From: Schizochytrium sp. TIO01
Lineage: Eukaryota > Protista > Bigyra: Labyrinthulomycetes
Length of the DNA stretch: 64,000 nt
Assembly (NCBI GenBank): GCA_004764695.1
Contig: SMSO01000006.1
Location: forward strand, 263,859-327,858
Direction: 5' to 3'
Made by a program: the position numbers and the translations under genes. The stretch's first letter is position 1. Each line of letters begins with the position of its first letter. The notes under the pieces were generated by a model. It saw nothing but the letters and a program-made list of their open reading frames with translations, searched no databases and was not told where the DNA came from. Shown here piece by piece: positions 46,901-60,200 of the stretch.

Positions 46901-49260
46901 GCAGATTTCTGATGAGTAATCTCAGGCGCAGAGTAGATACTAGCTGGAGATTCGAATGGCTTCCTCGTGCGAGTCGCCCAGCTCACTTGCACGCCGGTAA
47001 TGTTTGGTCCTGTCGCACCCGACGGCGTCTCTAGTTTTAGAATTAAAAGTAATCAAAATAAAAACATACTACCCGTCACGAAGCTACTGCAGGTGACACA
47101 GAGCACGATGATGGCAAAGAAGACAAGCTGCGTGCGCGTACGGAAACCACTGCTCACGCACTCACTTCGCGATCGAGTCATCGCAGATTCTCGAGCAGCG
47201 AAGCGAATATAACACGGTGTTTTATGATTCCTGCCGCCTTTCAGCTCCCCGTTCTGTTTCTTTTCTCTAGCTAGAGGCTACGGGAGTGAAGAATATAATC
47301 TGAATTGATTGATTGATGCCAACCATCGACCAATCTTTTCAAATTTATAATTTAAATTTCATAGAATGAACTAAAGTAAAGTTTAATTATTCAAAATCAA
47401 AAACCAAGAAAAAGCGTCAGGCCTCCTTGAACATAACCAGCAGCTAGCTCCCCGCAGCGCCCGCAGCCAGCTTCATCACGGGTTCCCCGTAAGCGGCTGT
47501 GTAGGCGAGATGGAAAGCCAAATTGCGCTGACTAGTTTAACTGCTGCTGTGCTGTTCGCTGCTGTCTGTCTGCTCCCCCTAGTGGTGCCTAGTTCAAATC
47601 ATTTCAAACTCTGAGCGAGTTTGACAGTGCCATGGATGTCATAGATGCCCAAGTCGGTGTAAACGGATTGAAAGCGGAGCAGCAGTTGGTAAGTTAGTTA
47701 GTTAGTTAGGCGCTCGCCTTGATTCTTGGAGTGGCGGTGACCTTCTTTGCTGTGCTTTGCGGGCGTGGCGTTCCTTCATTTCAAGTGGGCTCGTTTGGCG
47801 GGAGGCATATATATCTGCAGTGCCAGCTAGCGGCTGCTTTTTGTGAAGCATCTCAAGACAGCCTCTGCGAAAGAACTGGCGCAGGGAAGATGAGTTTCGA
47901 GGTGCTGCTTGGGCCTTGAAGTTGTTTTCACTTACTCACTTACATACTTGCTTTGCTTTCTCGAGCACTTATTACTTACTTCTTTCTTGAGCACTTACTT
48001 ACTTACTTATTTACTTTCTTTCTTTCTTTCTTGAGCACTTACTTGTTTACTTTACTTCTGTTGGCATGTCTCTCATTCATTATATGCATTCATTCATTCA
48101 TTCATTGCGTACCTACACTTCGTTGAACTAACGGCCACTGCTTAGCTGACCACCGGCGCGTGGCAACTAAACTCTCTGTCACGGGCAGACAGCTTCTTCG
48201 CTCTTTTCTGCTCTTCTCCTCCTTTGGCTCGTGTTGCGAAGGTTAGTTGAGCAGAGACTTATTTATTTATTTGTTTGTTTGTTTGTTTGAGGCTATTATT
48301 GCGGTGGTTGCGTCTCTTTCCATTCGTTCGAGCATCCATCACCCATTCAAAATCAATCGTTCGATTCGACCGTCGCTGTTTGAAAGCAGAGCAGTCCATC
48401 CATCGTCAGTCAGTGACTTAAAACGCAACTCCATTATTTTTTGCATTCTTTCGATGCACTTGAGTGATGAATGAGAATGAATGAGAACGAATGAATGAAT
48501 GGACACCTGTTCCAAAGCCAAAGCCGCTAGCAGACTCGTGGTTTCGACGAAGCCCAGTCCTGGTGACTCTTGCGGAACATCCCCACTGAAAGTATACTGC
48601 GAGAACAGCGCCGTAGCGGTCGATCGTTCTTTCTGAATTTTAAAACATAAATAAAATCATAAAAAATGCTGTTCTCTTTTAATTTTTATTTTATTTAATG
48701 AAAGATTGAAATAAAACTTTTCAAGAAGTTCTCCGTGATGTTTTAAACTTATTTTTAAAAAAAATGAAAAAAGAACACCAACTTTAGAAACTTATCTTTT
48801 TTAATTTGCGTTGTTTGTTTATTTAGGAGTACCTACAACGAAGTTCTTCAAGATTATAGCAAGAAGGCCATCCCGCTTACCTTTGGAACCATTTACAATG
48901 CAATTATACATGGACTACAGTCCAATTATTCAAGATTACAGCAAGAAAGCCTACTTTTGAAAATCACTCAATCACTTAATTACCTCAAGTTGCGGCTGAA
49001 AGAGAACGCAGAGCAGCACTGTCTGCTGACTCAAAGCAAGCAAGCAAGCAAGCAAGCGAGTGAGTCTTCCTTCCTTTCTTTCTCGCTGCTGAGACCGAGC
49101 AGTCAGTCAGTCAGACAGACAGTCAGTCAGTCAGACAGTCTGCTTACAACAGCAGCAGTCAGCGCATCAGCTTTCTATCGTGAACAGCCTCACTCAATCA
49201 TCTCTCTGAGAAGCACCGTTTCACTCGATCCATCCATCTTCTTCTTCTTCATATCAGCTC

Positions 49261-49303
49261 CTGTTCCTTTCTTCTCTGTTCCTTTCTTCTCTGTTCCTTT
49301 CTT
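49261..49303. repeat. 15-bp tandem repeat CTGTTCCTTTCTTCT, about 3 copies
   Basis: Read directly. Confidence 0.85.
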
Positions 49304-52300
49304 ACCGTCGTGCTCTTCAAAGATATCATGGCGCCGCAGAGTCCTAGCCAACGCTAGCAAGGTACTATGCCGGCGGAGACGTGCGTGGAGAAGGGCGCCA
49401 AAGCTACGATGCGCGACGCGAGCGGCGCTGCGTAATGACTGAGGGACTGACTGACGTCTGCCTCGCCGAGACGGACGAGCGGGCCGACTTAGGATGTATT
49501 GGCTGCTTATTCTGCGGAGAAGGGCGATCTCTGCAAAACGTTCCCGACCTCCAAGACGGGTTTGGGCAAGCAACATTTAAGTAAGCTCAGGGCTGCCTGC
49601 GTTCGGAACGGCGCGGCGCTTCGGAACAGAACGCTGCTGCGGAGCCCATGCGATTCGGCGCATGTAAATAAGCGGCGCAAGTCATAGACGCGCTGCGGGT
49701 TTTGTTTTGGGGGGCTGTAAAGTAAGTAGAAAGTGCTGTGCCTGAGGGCGCGTATAATTGAGGAACTCTTCGCAAGGCACGCACCGAAAGATTTGTTTGC
49801 TGTTTCATGCTCGAATGATTCGTTTGGTGTAGAAAGGAAGCTGTAAGATTTGGGTTTTCAACGGGTTGTATATAAGAAATGTTGACCATGACTTTTGTTT
49901 TACTTTGTTTTACTTTGGTTTGAACTGTTGTATAGATTTAATTGAAAAAAAAGTAGAAATGATTTTATAAGAAATTATGAACGGCAGCTGTGTATCTTTA
50001 GTAGGTAGTAGTAGGTAGGTAGGTAGGTAAGTAAAGTTGAAAATCATGATTCAGGGCATTCTGTATGACATGAGGTCGTGGGCTCATGGTGCTTGGCAGA
50101 CTTCGTCAGGGAAGTCCTCTTGCCGCCTTCCCACTCGCTCGTGCAAGGCCTCTTGGAACGCAGGCGCCTGGACTCCGACGCCCGCCTGTCCACCCATCGC
50201 GGAGACGGTCTATCTGCAAGCGCCTAGGGAGCCGGGCTCTGCATGCCTTTGGTAATATGGACGTTTTCGCACTTTATGGACAGCGTAGCACAGGCCTTTG
50301 TGAAGGACTGCCATATATTACATACATTGCAAGTCAAAGGTGCAGTGCCTGCTCTTTCAGTTAATCAGTCCATCTATCTATCAATCTAAATCAATCAAGC
50401 AGTCAGTCTACCCCTTTATCTGTATAAAGTCCAAGCCAGAGCGTGTCGATCGGCCTTTACAATACAAGTTTTCAACCTGCCGACATGTCTACTCGAATTC
50501 AAGGTCATTATAATTTATATCTATTCTGGCACACTCGCTAGATGTCCGGGCTCAAGTTCTTCTTCGCCGTGCTGGCCAGCCGAAGATGCCGCATTCCTCA
50601 GAGCATACATAACAGATCGCAGCAACCAAGCTGAAAGAGCCGAGCCTCGCACGAGGCGAACCCTTCGCACAGAACCATCGAAGTCGGTTACTGGCAGCCC
50701 AGCCGACTGCCTGTCTGAGTGAGTGAGTGCGTGAGTGAGTGTTTTCAAAGTAATAAAGTAAAAAGTCACCAAGTGCTCGCCGAAGCGTCTCCCCGTCGAT
50801 GACCTAGTCAGCTCCGGAGTGGCCATCGTGATCACCAATCATAGCCCACCGAATCGCGCGTGAAACTCCAAAGAAACACATTCCTCGAGTGCCCCATCGA
50901 ATGCATCGTGAATCTATCGAACTCGCTCATGGAGATAGTGCTGGAAATAACTGCCAGGGTAACCAAGTAAACTGCTAACGAAACAGAGCAATGTTCTCGC
51001 CATCATGAGCGAGTCAGACTGTCTCGATAGTCAGCATCTTCACCCTCACTTTACATCAAACCTCGACTCTCCTGTCCTCCCACAATCATCATCATCATCA
51101 TATAAAAATCTTTCATTTGTAATCATCGATAGTGACTCATCGCTCAATTTGCTGAGGACAGCGCCACGCCAGACAGCAGTTCAGCGCCCTTTGTGATCGC
51201 AAAGAACGATGCTGCACCCAGGAGTTGACATGCATAGGTTGGCTTGAGAGGTTGTAGGTTGTACTGTATGCCACTATGAGTGCTACGGGCACCTGCCTAA
51301 CTAGCGTCCGCTGTCTTCTTTGCAGCTTCAATTTGGGCTGCTGTTGCGTGGCAGTTTGAAGGGAGGCACCCGCATCATGCCCGCTCGCTTGCGGATTCAA
51401 GAGCTGCGGTTCCCCAGGTGAGGCGGAAGGGCAGTTATTGATCCTTGTAGCTTCATCATGCAAAAGCTGCCCCATTCAAGTGATCCTCTGTTCCATTCGG
51501 TCAATTCAGCTCATTTGATAGATAACAGTAGGAACCTAGCTCGCTAGAGGGTACACTAACAGTAGCACGAAGTACTAGTAGGTGGTGATCCTTTGTGCAG
51601 GAATCGCCACATGAGGCAGAGCCATGCACACAGGGGAGCGAAATCGTTCTCAAAGGAAAGCCGTCAAGCTGCTGAAGGCGCGGCCTGACAAGGCCCAAAG
51701 ACGTAAACACGCCCTGCTCCCCAGCTGGTGCGCAGCAGCTTGCTGCCTCTGGTTTCACTGACAGAGCTATCTTTGAATAACCTTCACGTGCCGCAGCCAA
51801 GGGAAAACCTGCAGGCGCCAAAATTGAATACGGGTGAGTGCTAGAGAAAATGCCTTTTGGGTCCTAGTACTAGTGTCAGGGAAACGACGTGCAGCGATGG
51901 GGAAACCGAAGATCCTGGCCGGCCAGGATCGATCTGCCTTGCGCCACCGCTACAAACAAAAGGTAGTAGGTCACAGTTGGACGGAACGTTTGCCTTTGAA
52001 CGCTCGCTGTACCTTTTGCCTGAATCCCCGCTCGCCCAACCTAGACAGGCATCAGTTCTCCGAGGTTTCCGCCCACCAGCGTTGAGGTTCGACAATTACA
52101 GCGGCTATTGAAATTTACCCATTACCCATTTTCTCGCGATCGGTACTTCTCGGGTTGGTCTTCGAGACTTGCTCGAGGAGGAGGAGGTTCCGGACAGTCG
52201 ATCTCTTCTTCGGCATCGCTCGCTGGCAGCTCATTGATAGTGCATGCACGTCCGCCGCTCCGCCAGGGAAGCCTGTCCTGGCTGCTCGTCTAGGGCAGAA

Positions 52301-53909
52301 CAGAGCGAGAGAAAAAGGCCAGGAGGCACGAAAGAAGCGAGGCAGCAGCAGCAGCAGCAGCAGCGCTGCGCGTGAACGCGCGGCAGTTCTGCGGCGCTGG
52401 CACCTGCCGCTCTGCGATGCCCTAGCTTTGGTTGTGGCCATCTCAGAAGCAGCGATCCTCCCCGCAGACTCCCGCAGCCCCGCAGCTGGCTTCCGGGTGG
52501 GTTCTGCTCTGCGGCGCTCTCTGTTCTTCTTTCCGCGGCGCTTCCAGCTGCCTGTTTCTCCACTCCAGAGAAGAACTTGCTCCGGCCACCTTCTACTCTG
52601 GTCCTCGTGAGTTGGCTCAGCCGAGTGCGCTCTCGCGAGCTGACCTCATCAGGAGCTATAGACCTGCCAGCCGGCAGCCAGCTAGTCGGCGAGTTTTGGT
52701 TTCTTTCTCTCCGCTGCAATCATAACTAGCCAGCTAGCTAGCTATATATATACTTACGCACTGCTTCCTCTGTTGGTGAACTCACGAGCAGCTAGAGATC
52801 AATCAACAACTGCTAGTGCGCTTGACCCAGTGGGGACTATAACGAGTTGTACAGAGGGAAGAAGAAGAAGAAAGGCACTACATCAAAGCTGCCTGAGGAT
52901 GAATACAGCATGGAAAGCTTGGGACCCGGATCCTGGAAACTGGTTCCCTGGGGAGGCGACCAGGACGGCGCAAGAGGTGCAAACAAGCAGGCACGTAAGC
53001 AAGCAAGCAAGCAAGACCCGGTGCCATTGGCGCCCGGAAGGTCTGCGCGCGAAGGGATCTTTGGGACGCGGTTCGCCATCGTTCGGGGCTCGGCGAGAGA
53101 GCTTGTGGCTTGGCTTTTGCCCCGGTTCTGCTCCGGTTCTGCTCTGGTTCTTCTCTGAGACTTGAGCTGCTCGCCTCTCGAGGAAGGGAACCAGCCAGCA
53201 GAGTAAGATAGCTCGCTGGGAAGCTTTGCAGTAAATGAATGAAGGCCTCGTGACGGTCACGCTCAGCACTGTCAAGGCTCGCGGCGTGACGAAGAAGGTG
53301 GCGAGCAGCGGAAGGTTTGTAGGGGTTCACGAAAGCCGCGGCAGAGTGACTTGATGACGCAAAAGCGGCCTCTTCAGGGAACGGTACAAAAGGAGGCTTT
53401 ACTTCACTTATTAATTAGCCAGCTGCCCAAGGTTTCGAATATTTGAACAGGACAGAGAACGCCATCCTCTGCGTAGGATCCATTGGAACACCGCCGTTCC
53501 TTTCAACTCGTCTCACTGGGGACGCACCCGTTTCGTCGACACTGAGCCAAGCTATCTCATCAGTTCCCCATTCTTTTATCCATTTATTCATTCACTCTCG
53601 AGGACGCATTCATTCCAAGGATGTTCTTTTTCTTCGTTTTCTTCTTGCTTTTTCTTTTTATTAATAACTCATGCAACGTCATGAGGAGGGAATTGAAACA
53701 TGGATTGATTTTCTATTTTAATACTAATATTTAATTTAATTTTATTTTTTAAAAAAAAATGTTTAAAACAATTCACAGTGCTTGTTCTGCTCAAAAAGAA
53801 CAAGGAAAAGAAAGAGAAACTCAAAGGAAGAAGAAACAAATAAAAAAGTATTTTGCAATGCAAGAGGGGAACGAGCAAAAGAACGAATGGCAAAGAAGAA
53901 CGAGCACAG

Positions 53910-53948
<39 letters not shown>
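53910..53948. repeat. Poly(A) tract (39 nt)
   Basis: Read directly. Confidence 0.95.
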
Positions 53949-53951
<3 letters not shown>

Positions 53952-54905
53952 AGCCCGGCGGAGAAAGAGAGCCACCATAGGGGACATCCCAAAGGTCCCA
54001 GCGGCGCCATCATTGACGATCGCTGCGCTTATCGGGCCTTGGATCAGCAACCAGACGCCACGCGCGTTTCCCTTACGCTCGAGCTCTGCCCATTGCCGTG
54101 AAAGCAAGCCTGAAGCCCGCCCACATCCATATCCACCAGAGCCTTGAACCAATCTCCCGATCGATGATTTATTTATCGCAAAAGCTCTGACTTGAGCAAA
54201 CTTTCGCTCATCGTTCTCTTTTCCCTTCTTTCAAAGGCTTTTACTTACTTACTGTGATAGTACGCCTGCGTTCTTCCTTTTCTGCAACCTTGTCCCTGCT
54301 TTCGTTCTACTTTTCAGGAACTAATATGATCAATTGTCTTTTATTTAAACATATTTTTAATAGTAATCATGACAACAAGAAAGAAGGGGAATGAGAACAG
54401 GTTAACACTACCGCAAAATCATTTATTTGTTGATTGATAAACTGATTGATTGATAAACTGATTGATAGATAAACTGATTGAATGACTGATTGATTGACTT
54501 ATATTCTGTGTTGTTAAAACGAATGCTGAAAGGCTGGCGTTCTTGCGTTGACAGCTGTTCTTTTCTCGAGGGCCAGGCGGTGTTCTCTTTCTCTCCCGGC
54601 AGGTGCCTTCTTCGATGCCTGCTCTGATCACAGAAAGCCAGGCCAAAGTCCTCGGTCACGTTGCCCCACCCACGCACTCACTTATTCACTTATTCACTGA
54701 CTCCCCATCCATTAGGCAGACAGACAGACAGACAGACACAAAGAAAGGCCTCCCGCCCGAACTGCCTCGAAGCCCGGTGCTGCACAGACCAACCCTTGAA
54801 ACTCCGTTCCCTCCGGCGCTTGAGGCGTCGAGAATCGCGCTTCTGCTGCCTTAGCGAAGTCCAATCTTCTTTCTTCTTCTTGCTTTCCTCTTCTTTTTCT
54901 TGAAG

Positions 54906-54907
54906 GA

Positions 54908-54987
<80 letters not shown>

Positions 54988-54999
54988 AGGAAAGAAAGA
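54906..54999. repeat. (GAAA)n microsatellite
   Basis: Read directly. Confidence 0.95.
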
Positions 55000-57246
55000 C
55001 TCCTAGCAGGAGGGGTAGCAGTGCTGGCTAGCAGGCGTTCTTTTGGAAAGTAGATCGATCGAGAGCACTGTTCCATTGGCGGTAAGGGACAGCTAGCGGT
55101 AAAGCTAGGGGGAGAGCGACTGAGGTGGAAAGGAGAGAGAGAAGAGAACGCCAAGAACTGAGGCTCGGATCGCCTCGCGTGGCATTGGTGCACGGCTGGA
55201 TGAATGGAATGGCGGGATGGACGACGGAGAAGAGGCCTCCGGGGCTGAGAGATCATCGAAGCGAAGATGCCTGCAGCCTGCTGCCCCGGAGATTTAGTGG
55301 AGGCCCGCCGCTTCCGCTTCGTCTGCCGGCCGGGTCGCGACCCGTGAAGGGCGGCTCGAAAATCTCGCGCACGCTCGCTGTCTCCTGGCACACGCACACC
55401 ACCCTCACTGCCCCCCAGACTTGCCTCGGGCACCTTGCATGTACAGTCGCTACGGGGGCATTATGGGAATTGTGCACTTGTGGGGACAGCCCATTCTGCG
55501 CTGTCCCCAGATAGATCGAAGCAAGCTTTTTGACGATCCTAAAGAAGATCATGCATGAATGAAGATAATGAATGAATGAAGAGTAGCGACGCAGTGGACT
55601 CTGTTCTACTGTTTTCTGGAGGGTTTCCGGGCGGCGATGGCCAGCACCTACGTAGGTACGATATTGAAGGAGGAGGATTATTTCAGCTGGTGGCTTGTTC
55701 GCTGCAGTTTTGCAGGGGTTAGGAGTGGGGAATTCTGGGCGCAGAGGCTACCCTCATTCATCAGCAGCATGCCTGTGTTGCATATAGAGCTTCCTGGTAG
55801 GCCGATAGTTAGTTGTTCTTTAGTCAGTTGTTTAGTTAGTTAGTTGGTTGGTTGGTTGTTTAGTTGTCTAGTTTGTTAGTTAATTAGTTTGTCAGTTTGT
55901 TAGTTTGTTAGTTAATTAATCAGTGCTCTCGAGGGGCACCCAAAGTTGAACGTCTGAGACAAGGGTTTCTTTATTTCAGTCTGGCCGGGGCTGCCACGAT
56001 CGAGAAGACAACAACGAAGGAGTATGGTGTGGCGCTGCAGACCTTGCTTCGAGCTACCTGGCACCGGCGAGACTCAGTGCCCCACCCCCCCTCCCCTGAC
56101 AATACAGCGCGGAGGAGCGCCATAAAATGTGACGGTGGAGTGGTAGCTGTAGCCAGCCAAAATGATAAACTATGCAGAGCAAGTACCCAAATTGCTCGCG
56201 CAAGCGCCTCGTTTTGACTCACTCACTGCCAGGCTGAGCGTTAGCGCCTCCGCAGACCATTCGCTCAGGACAGAAGGCGCCTGGTCAATTACTCTTTTTG
56301 TGACGGCCACTCCTGAAAGCTGTAGACTGTCGCTGAAGCGAGCTGGTGTTAGCGGAATCAGGCCAGGCAGGCAGCAGGCAGACATGCAGACTTGAAGAAG
56401 AAGTTGTGCTCGCTCGCAGGTCAGCGGCTAATTGTAGGAACTCGTAACAGAGTGATGAAGCAGGTAGTAAGTAGCAAGAGCGAGTGCCCTACGTGCTGTC
56501 TATTGCATATGTCTATCAGTACCAGATCCTAAGGCGCCCGGATTCGCTGGCTAGCGCGAGTCACTTGGTAGCTCGCGAGATCGCGAGCCCAAGAACACTG
56601 GCGTGAACACTGTTAGCTGAGACTATCGCAGCCAACCTGCTTTGGTGAGTTTGCAAACACTGCAGCTTTTTGTAGGTAGCAGGGAACTTGAGTTTGAAGG
56701 CAGAGCACAGCGCGCTGTCCTCAGCTCACTTCTCCTAGCGCAAACAGCGCCGAGCGCCGAGACTCTGCTCGGCTCGGCTCCAGCACTTCGTTGGTGATCG
56801 AGCCCGGGCGTGCGGCGGGCGACCCCCGGCACGCAGGAGAGAAAAAGGCCCTGCCAGCTGTAAACTGCGCCTAGCAGAGGCGATGGATGTGTGTTTTCTC
56901 GTGAAGCCCCGCACGCGAGAGCACCGTGAAACGGCCTCACTTGCATGGAAAAGGAGTCAGACTGGAAAGCGGCACTGCAAGCAGCGTCTTGGAAACTCCA
57001 GCCAGCCCTTGGAGTTCCTTTGTAAACGAGGCCCCCCTGGGCAATGAATGCAAACTGCTGCTCCTGCCACACGGCCGTCTTCACAATCATTCGCATTCAA
57101 TAGCGGCTCAAGGTTCAAGTACCTCCTCCTCCTCCCCATGTCTACGAGACCAACAAGATCAAGACCAACAGCGACAGCGACAACAAACACAACTTCCGCC
57201 AGGCTCTCTGCAACCCTGCTTGCTACCTGGTCCCGAGTCGCTCCGA

Positions 57247-57277
<31 letters not shown>

Positions 57278-60200
57278 TCGCCGTAACTTCCCAAGCCGTT
57301 GGCAAGTTGGCTTTTGAGCTCAGATAACTGACGCACATTGAGGCGCCATTTGTCTCTCTGTTTCGGAGTCCCTCTTTGAGCGGTTCCTCTCTCAGGGAGA
57401 GACAGAGATACCCCAGAGGTGGACGTGCGCTGGGCTCATGGAGCGAGGCCGAATGTCTGCGAAGAGCAGAGGGTCGCTCGTTCGACCTCCTTTCGCCTCG
57501 AGCCCAGGCCGCTGCCGTGCGTCGGCCTCGTCAGTCGAGCAGCAACGAGCACGCTGGCCGCCACGGCCGCTGGCCGCTACGGCTGCTGCGGATGAGACGG
57601 CTCATGGATGGAATGCTTTGAAAATATCCAACGAGACACAGCGACAGAGAGAGAGAGACACACAGCGACAGAGAGAGAGAGAGAGAGAGACGTAACGCGG
57701 AACCAACTAGTCGTGAAAAGACCGTCGGCGTGGGAGGCAGAAGACCTCAACCCGAGCTGGCTGGGCTTTGTTTGGACTGCGAGGAGGTGAGAGGGCGAAA
57801 GAGGCGCGCAGCGGTTCGGAATTTGAATCGAAGGTTTTGAATCTTGAATCTCTCAATCATTCAAAAGATCTCCTCTACGCGTGGCCCGCGCACGCCTCGA
57901 AACCAGCCTCCCTCCGCAGCCTAGACCGCGAGAGGTGCCTTCCCGGCGAGCCCGAGTGCCACGTAGGCGGAAAGGCCTCGATATTTGCCTGAGCTCCACC
58001 TCGATCCGAGTTTCTATCCTATCTCGAAAGATTGATCAGATCAGATGGGCCCCACACTGCCAGAAAGTACACACCTCATGACATGCATGACAGACATGCA
58101 TGAGATCGATAGACAGCGCGAGCCCTCCAATCCTGCGAGGCCTGGCCGTGCCTCTATGCGTGCGTGCGTGCGTGTGACAGGAGCAGGGCGAGGCCTTCAA
58201 ATGCACGCACGCCCTTCGATCCGATGCAATGGAAAGCCCATCTGGTTCGAGTTGGTCGATGATGGACCGTGAAATGAAAGCAGTGGTGAAACACTCCATG
58301 TCAACAGGTGTGTACCTCCTCCTCCTTTTCGAAGTGCATTACATACATACAATGTTGGCTGACCTTGTGGAGACGAAATGGCTGCAGATTTGGTTCCCGC
58401 GAGGTAGCGAGTGAGTGGAATGAATGAAGACATGAATGGATGAATTCCTACGACCCATCCTTGTTGTTTGTCAGCGCCTGAAATGAATGTGAGAACTACT
58501 ACGACTACCAAAAGATATTTTGAGTGGCCGAGTTGGAGGTGTGACCATAGATGAGGGCTCCTGCTTAGCGAACTATAGACACGCTTAGCAGGAGCCAGCG
58601 AATAGTGCGATCGAAATTCCAGATATCAAGTTATTTGTTTTATGTATCAATGTATTTGTTTGTTTGTTTGCTTGTTTGCTTATTTGTTGGTTGGTGGGTG
58701 GGTGGGTGGGTAGGTTCTTCTTTCTGTAAAATTGTGGCGTTCTATATTCGCTTTTTGGCCCTCCTTCTCAACTCACCTCTTTTTGTTTTCCGGCACCGTG
58801 ATGACCAACGTTTGGAGTCTGGGTTGAAGATTGCTCTTCGCTATTTCTGGCTGTTCTCTTTTTTTTAAAATAAAAAATATCTTTGCAAAGTAAAGCTTTT
58901 CTGTGTCTTTTTTCACTTGTCACTTATTTAGTTTCATTTCATTTATAATCTCAAGAACTTTGAGGGGAAATGAACACAAAACAAAAAGGGGTGTTCTTTC
59001 CCAATTTATTCTTATTATTTTATTATAAAATTTATTATAAACATATAATAAAAATAATTGTTTTTTAAAAGAGTATACAAAATATTTATTCATCTTTCAA
59101 TAATAATAATGATCATAATAATAATAACAATAAAATCTTAGAATGAAAAGATAAAATGAAAAACACCTTGATAAAACGAAAACGCCAAAGAAGAGAACAG
59201 CAGAATGTTCAACGAGGCCATCGAACTTCTTCAAGCTGGAAAGACCACGATATGCTGACAGAAACAGCGATCACGCTGAGGACGGCGCTGCAAAAAGGGA
59301 TCACCGTCTTGGCTTGAGCCATTTCCCAAGCAGCTGCTGAAAGACCACTTGACAGAAGGAGCGGGACTTGCTTGCTCCTTTCTGGCCGGGACCCAAGCGA
59401 GAACAGAACAACGCAGAACAGTAAAGAACACAATGAAACAAAGTGGAAAGAACGGAACAGCAGCGCTGAGGAACTTGATCCGGACGCACAAAGAAAGCGA
59501 GCGAGAGAACGAGAGAACGGGAGAACGAGAGAACGAGAACGCATGGAAAAGAGAAAGGTCTGAGAAGACCGACCGCGTTCCTTTCTTTGACAAAGAATTG
59601 ACAATCAAAAAGTAAAGCTCTCTTTCCATTCGTTTCATTCGCTGTGGCGAGTAGAGAGCGCTCGCGAGGCCTTTGCGAAGGCCTTCGGCGCGTCCTGAGA
59701 AGGGTCGGGCGAGCAGGGAAGGAAGGCAGCGCCGCTGCTGGATGATGCTGTTGTTGGGACTCCTGCAGGAGGAGAAGGAGCGCTCGTGATGGTCCATGCG
59801 CGGGCGGGCCGGCGGGGAAATGGGACAGGGCTTCTTCTTTGAGAGGCGCCAGCAAGGCGCGCAGCACACGAGGCCGAGGCCGGGGAAGCCGCGCGTACAC
59901 TGAGGGAGGAGGAGGAGGAGGAGGAGGAGGCAGCGAGCGAGTGCTGTGAAACTCGATCGACACCGCTTCTCTTCGAAATCTTGTTCTCAAACGAAGGAGG
60001 CGATCAAACGAAAGATCCGCTCTCAACGTTCTTGTTTTCAAATTAATTGTTTATTTATTTCTTGATTGATTTATTTATTGTTTTGCAAAATGTGAAATAA
60101 ATGAGAAAGAAAGGGATAGAACTCGAGGTTTGTTTGGTATTCAGGAGGATGCGTGAAGCGTGAAAAGGGGAAGGAGGAGGTAATTGGTTGATTGAACGAG

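Noticed and set aside
53910-53948. Poly(A) tail of a retroposon (also 39038-39061)
   Set aside because: No target-site duplication or recognisable SINE/LINE body seen; both lie in generally A-rich islands.
54690-55433. 247-aa minus-strand ORF
   Set aside because: Runs through (GAAA)n and (CAGA)n microsatellites; non-ATG start; no recognisable protein features.
59209-60041. 212- and 246-aa minus-strand ORFs
   Set aside because: Overlapping low-complexity frames with non-ATG starts, caused by purine/pyrimidine strand skew; no motifs.
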